Assembly (NCBI GenBank): GCA_964633905.1
Contig: CAZWIT010000003.1
Coordinates: forward strand, 67,193-131,192
Length of the DNA: 64,000 nt
Origin: an uncultured Gammaproteobacteria bacterium
Lineage (GTDB): Bacteria > Patescibacteriota > Patescibacteriia > UBA1558 > GWA2-36-10
Direction of reading: 5' to 3'
Each line of letters opens with the position of its first letter. Within the stretch, counting starts at the first letter, position 1. Made by a program: the position numbers and the translations under genes. The notes below the pieces were generated by a model. The model had not been told where the DNA came from. It searched no databases and saw only the letters and a program-made list of their open reading frames with translations. Positions 63,073-64,000 of the stretch are shown here, piece after piece.

Positions 63073-63645
63073 ATGAAAAGCATTATTAGTATTTCCGGCA
63101 CAGCCGGCAGTGGTAAAAGTACTATTGCTAAAATATTAGCAGAAAAATTAAATGCTGAAAGAATCTACGTCGGAGGCTTACGTAGACAACTAGCCTTAGA
63201 TAAAGGCATGAGTCTAGCTCAATTAAATGAATATGCTCTTAGCCACCCTGAAACTGATATTGATGTAGATAAAGCCGCAGCTTTACAAGCTCGTCAAATG
63301 GCCCAAAAAAATATCGTAATCATTGAAGGGCGCACCCAGTTTCACTTTTTACCTGAATCTATAAAACTATATATCAAAGTTGATCCCAAAGTTGGTGCTA
63401 AAAGAATCTGGCAAGACCTACAAAAAGACAATCAACGAAATGAAGGTAAGTTTAATAACCTAGCCGAATTAGAAACTTATCAACAAACTAGACAAGCGAG
63501 TGATCTGGCTCGTTACAAAAAATATTACGACCTAGATCATACTGACGAAAAGCAATATGATTTTATTCTTGATACTAGCAATATCTCCGCTCAAACTGCT
63601 GCTGAAAAAGTCTTAGAATTTATCCAAAAAACCCTAAATAAATAG
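63073..63645 (+). CDS. cmk: Cytidylate kinase-like P-loop nucleotide kinase
   Basis: ISISGTAGSGKSTIAK P-loop. Overall length and pattern of (d)CMP kinase family. Confidence 0.65.
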   Translation: MKSIISISGTAGSGKSTIAKILAEKLNAERIYVGGLRRQLALDKGMSLAQLNEYALSHPETDIDVDKAAALQARQMAQKNIVIIEGRTQFHFLPESIKLYIKVDPKVGAKRIWQDLQKDNQRNEGKFNNLAELETYQQTRQASDLARYKKYYDLDHTDEKQYDFILDTSNISAQTAAEKVLEFIQKTLNK

Positions 63646-63846
63646 CATTGACCCGCCTGCATCTCTCGCTTAAGCGAGAGACTACGACGGACAAGATGAA
63701 GATTTTAAATATTTATTAAGATAATTAACCATTTTTTCAACAATAAAGCCCCTCTTATCATTATTGACAAAATCTAAAATTTAGGCTAAAATATTGTAGT
63801 TATTATCAAATAACTACTATTTATCAATAATTAACTAAGTATTGTT

Positions 63847-64000
63847 ATGTCCGCTGTCAAAGCATCAAACCCAGAACAAAATACAACTCTTACCATTAAA
63901 CCTGGTATGACTGTAAGGGTCCATGAAAAAATTAAAGAAAAAAACGCCAAGGGTGTTGAAAAAGAAAGAATTCAAATTTTTGAAGGTATTGTTTTAGCCA
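63847..64000 (+). CDS. rplS: 50S ribosomal protein L19, 3'-partial at window edge
   Basis: MSAVKASNPEQNTTLTIKPGMTVRVHEKIKEKNAKGVEKERIQIFEGIVLA matches the bL19 N-terminus (KPGDTVRV...KERIQxFEGVVI). Confidence 0.8.
   Translation, partial: MSAVKASNPEQNTTLTIKPGMTVRVHEKIKEKNAKGVEKERIQIFEGIVLA

Noticed and set aside
1-64000. CRISPR arrays, rRNA genes, insertion sequences or transposases
   Set aside because: No regularly spaced direct repeats with unique spacers. No rRNA-like conserved stretches. No recognisable transposase. The only recombinase is the partial Xer-like gene at the 5' edge.

Overview
This is an AT-rich (about one-third GC), gene-dense bacterial chromosome segment read with the standard genetic code. 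The gene content points to a reduced-genome, Candidate-Phyla-Radiation-like (Parcubacteria-type) organism. Supporting features are short ProRS and PurA variants, a type IV pilin with PilT, 2-oxoacid:ferredoxin oxidoreductase with a ferredoxin, many small membrane proteins, and near-consensus sigma70 promoters.

Recognisable genes, in window order:
- 1-12 kb: a partial tyrosine recombinase, a patatin-like phospholipase, an SdpR/SdpI-like immunity pair, rlmH, proS, an M23 peptidase, an ECF sigma operon with a periplasmic Spy/ZraP-like protein, corA and purA.
- 13-25.6 kb: a second ECF sigma/anti-sigma pair, a secreted cytochrome-b5 + FN3 repeat protein, a MATE exporter, a 7-kb run of single-gene units each ended by a member of one intergenic repeat family, and tRNA-His/tRNA-Arg.
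- 25.8-33 kb: rpiB-rpe, a large surface protein, a pilin and korAB.
- 36-41 kb: a redox/Fe-S cluster (ferredoxin, Bcp peroxiredoxin, cysteine desulfurase, IscU/NifU, Fe/Mn-SOD, patatin, an AhpC-type peroxiredoxin with a Cys-rich N-terminal tail).
- 41-51 kb: a DUF2207 protein, a beta-CASP MBL RNase, a class II (B12-dependent) RNR preceded by two NrdR boxes, and cytidine deaminase.
- 53-64 kb: three NUDIX hydrolases, a PEBP protein, a HAD hydrolase, a YkgJ-family protein, a cobalamin salvage trio (adenosyltransferase, DUF4430, S-component-like membrane protein), pilT, a cNMP-binding/GAF regulator, tRNA-Arg/tRNA-Lys, an RluA-family pseudouridine synthase, cmk and the start of rplS.

The most unusual feature is a set of sharply GC-rich coding cassettes (55-65% GC, enterobacterial-like codon usage). 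Each sits under AT-rich host-like promoter, Shine-Dalgarno and intrinsic-terminator signals. They are a 355-aa MYG1/UPF0160-like putative hydrolase within a 33.2-35.9 kb island of single-gene units, a 107-aa protein, two tandem 40-44 aa hydrophobic type-I-toxin-like peptides, and a 68-aa beta-rich protein beside the tRNA pair. Other notable features are a dispersed terminator-containing intergenic repeat family, a GC-rich hairpin element family, a 22-bp duplication of the nrdJ 3' end, a promoter-terminator small RNA candidate, and several unannotated sub-60-aa ORFs. I found no CRISPR array and no rRNA.
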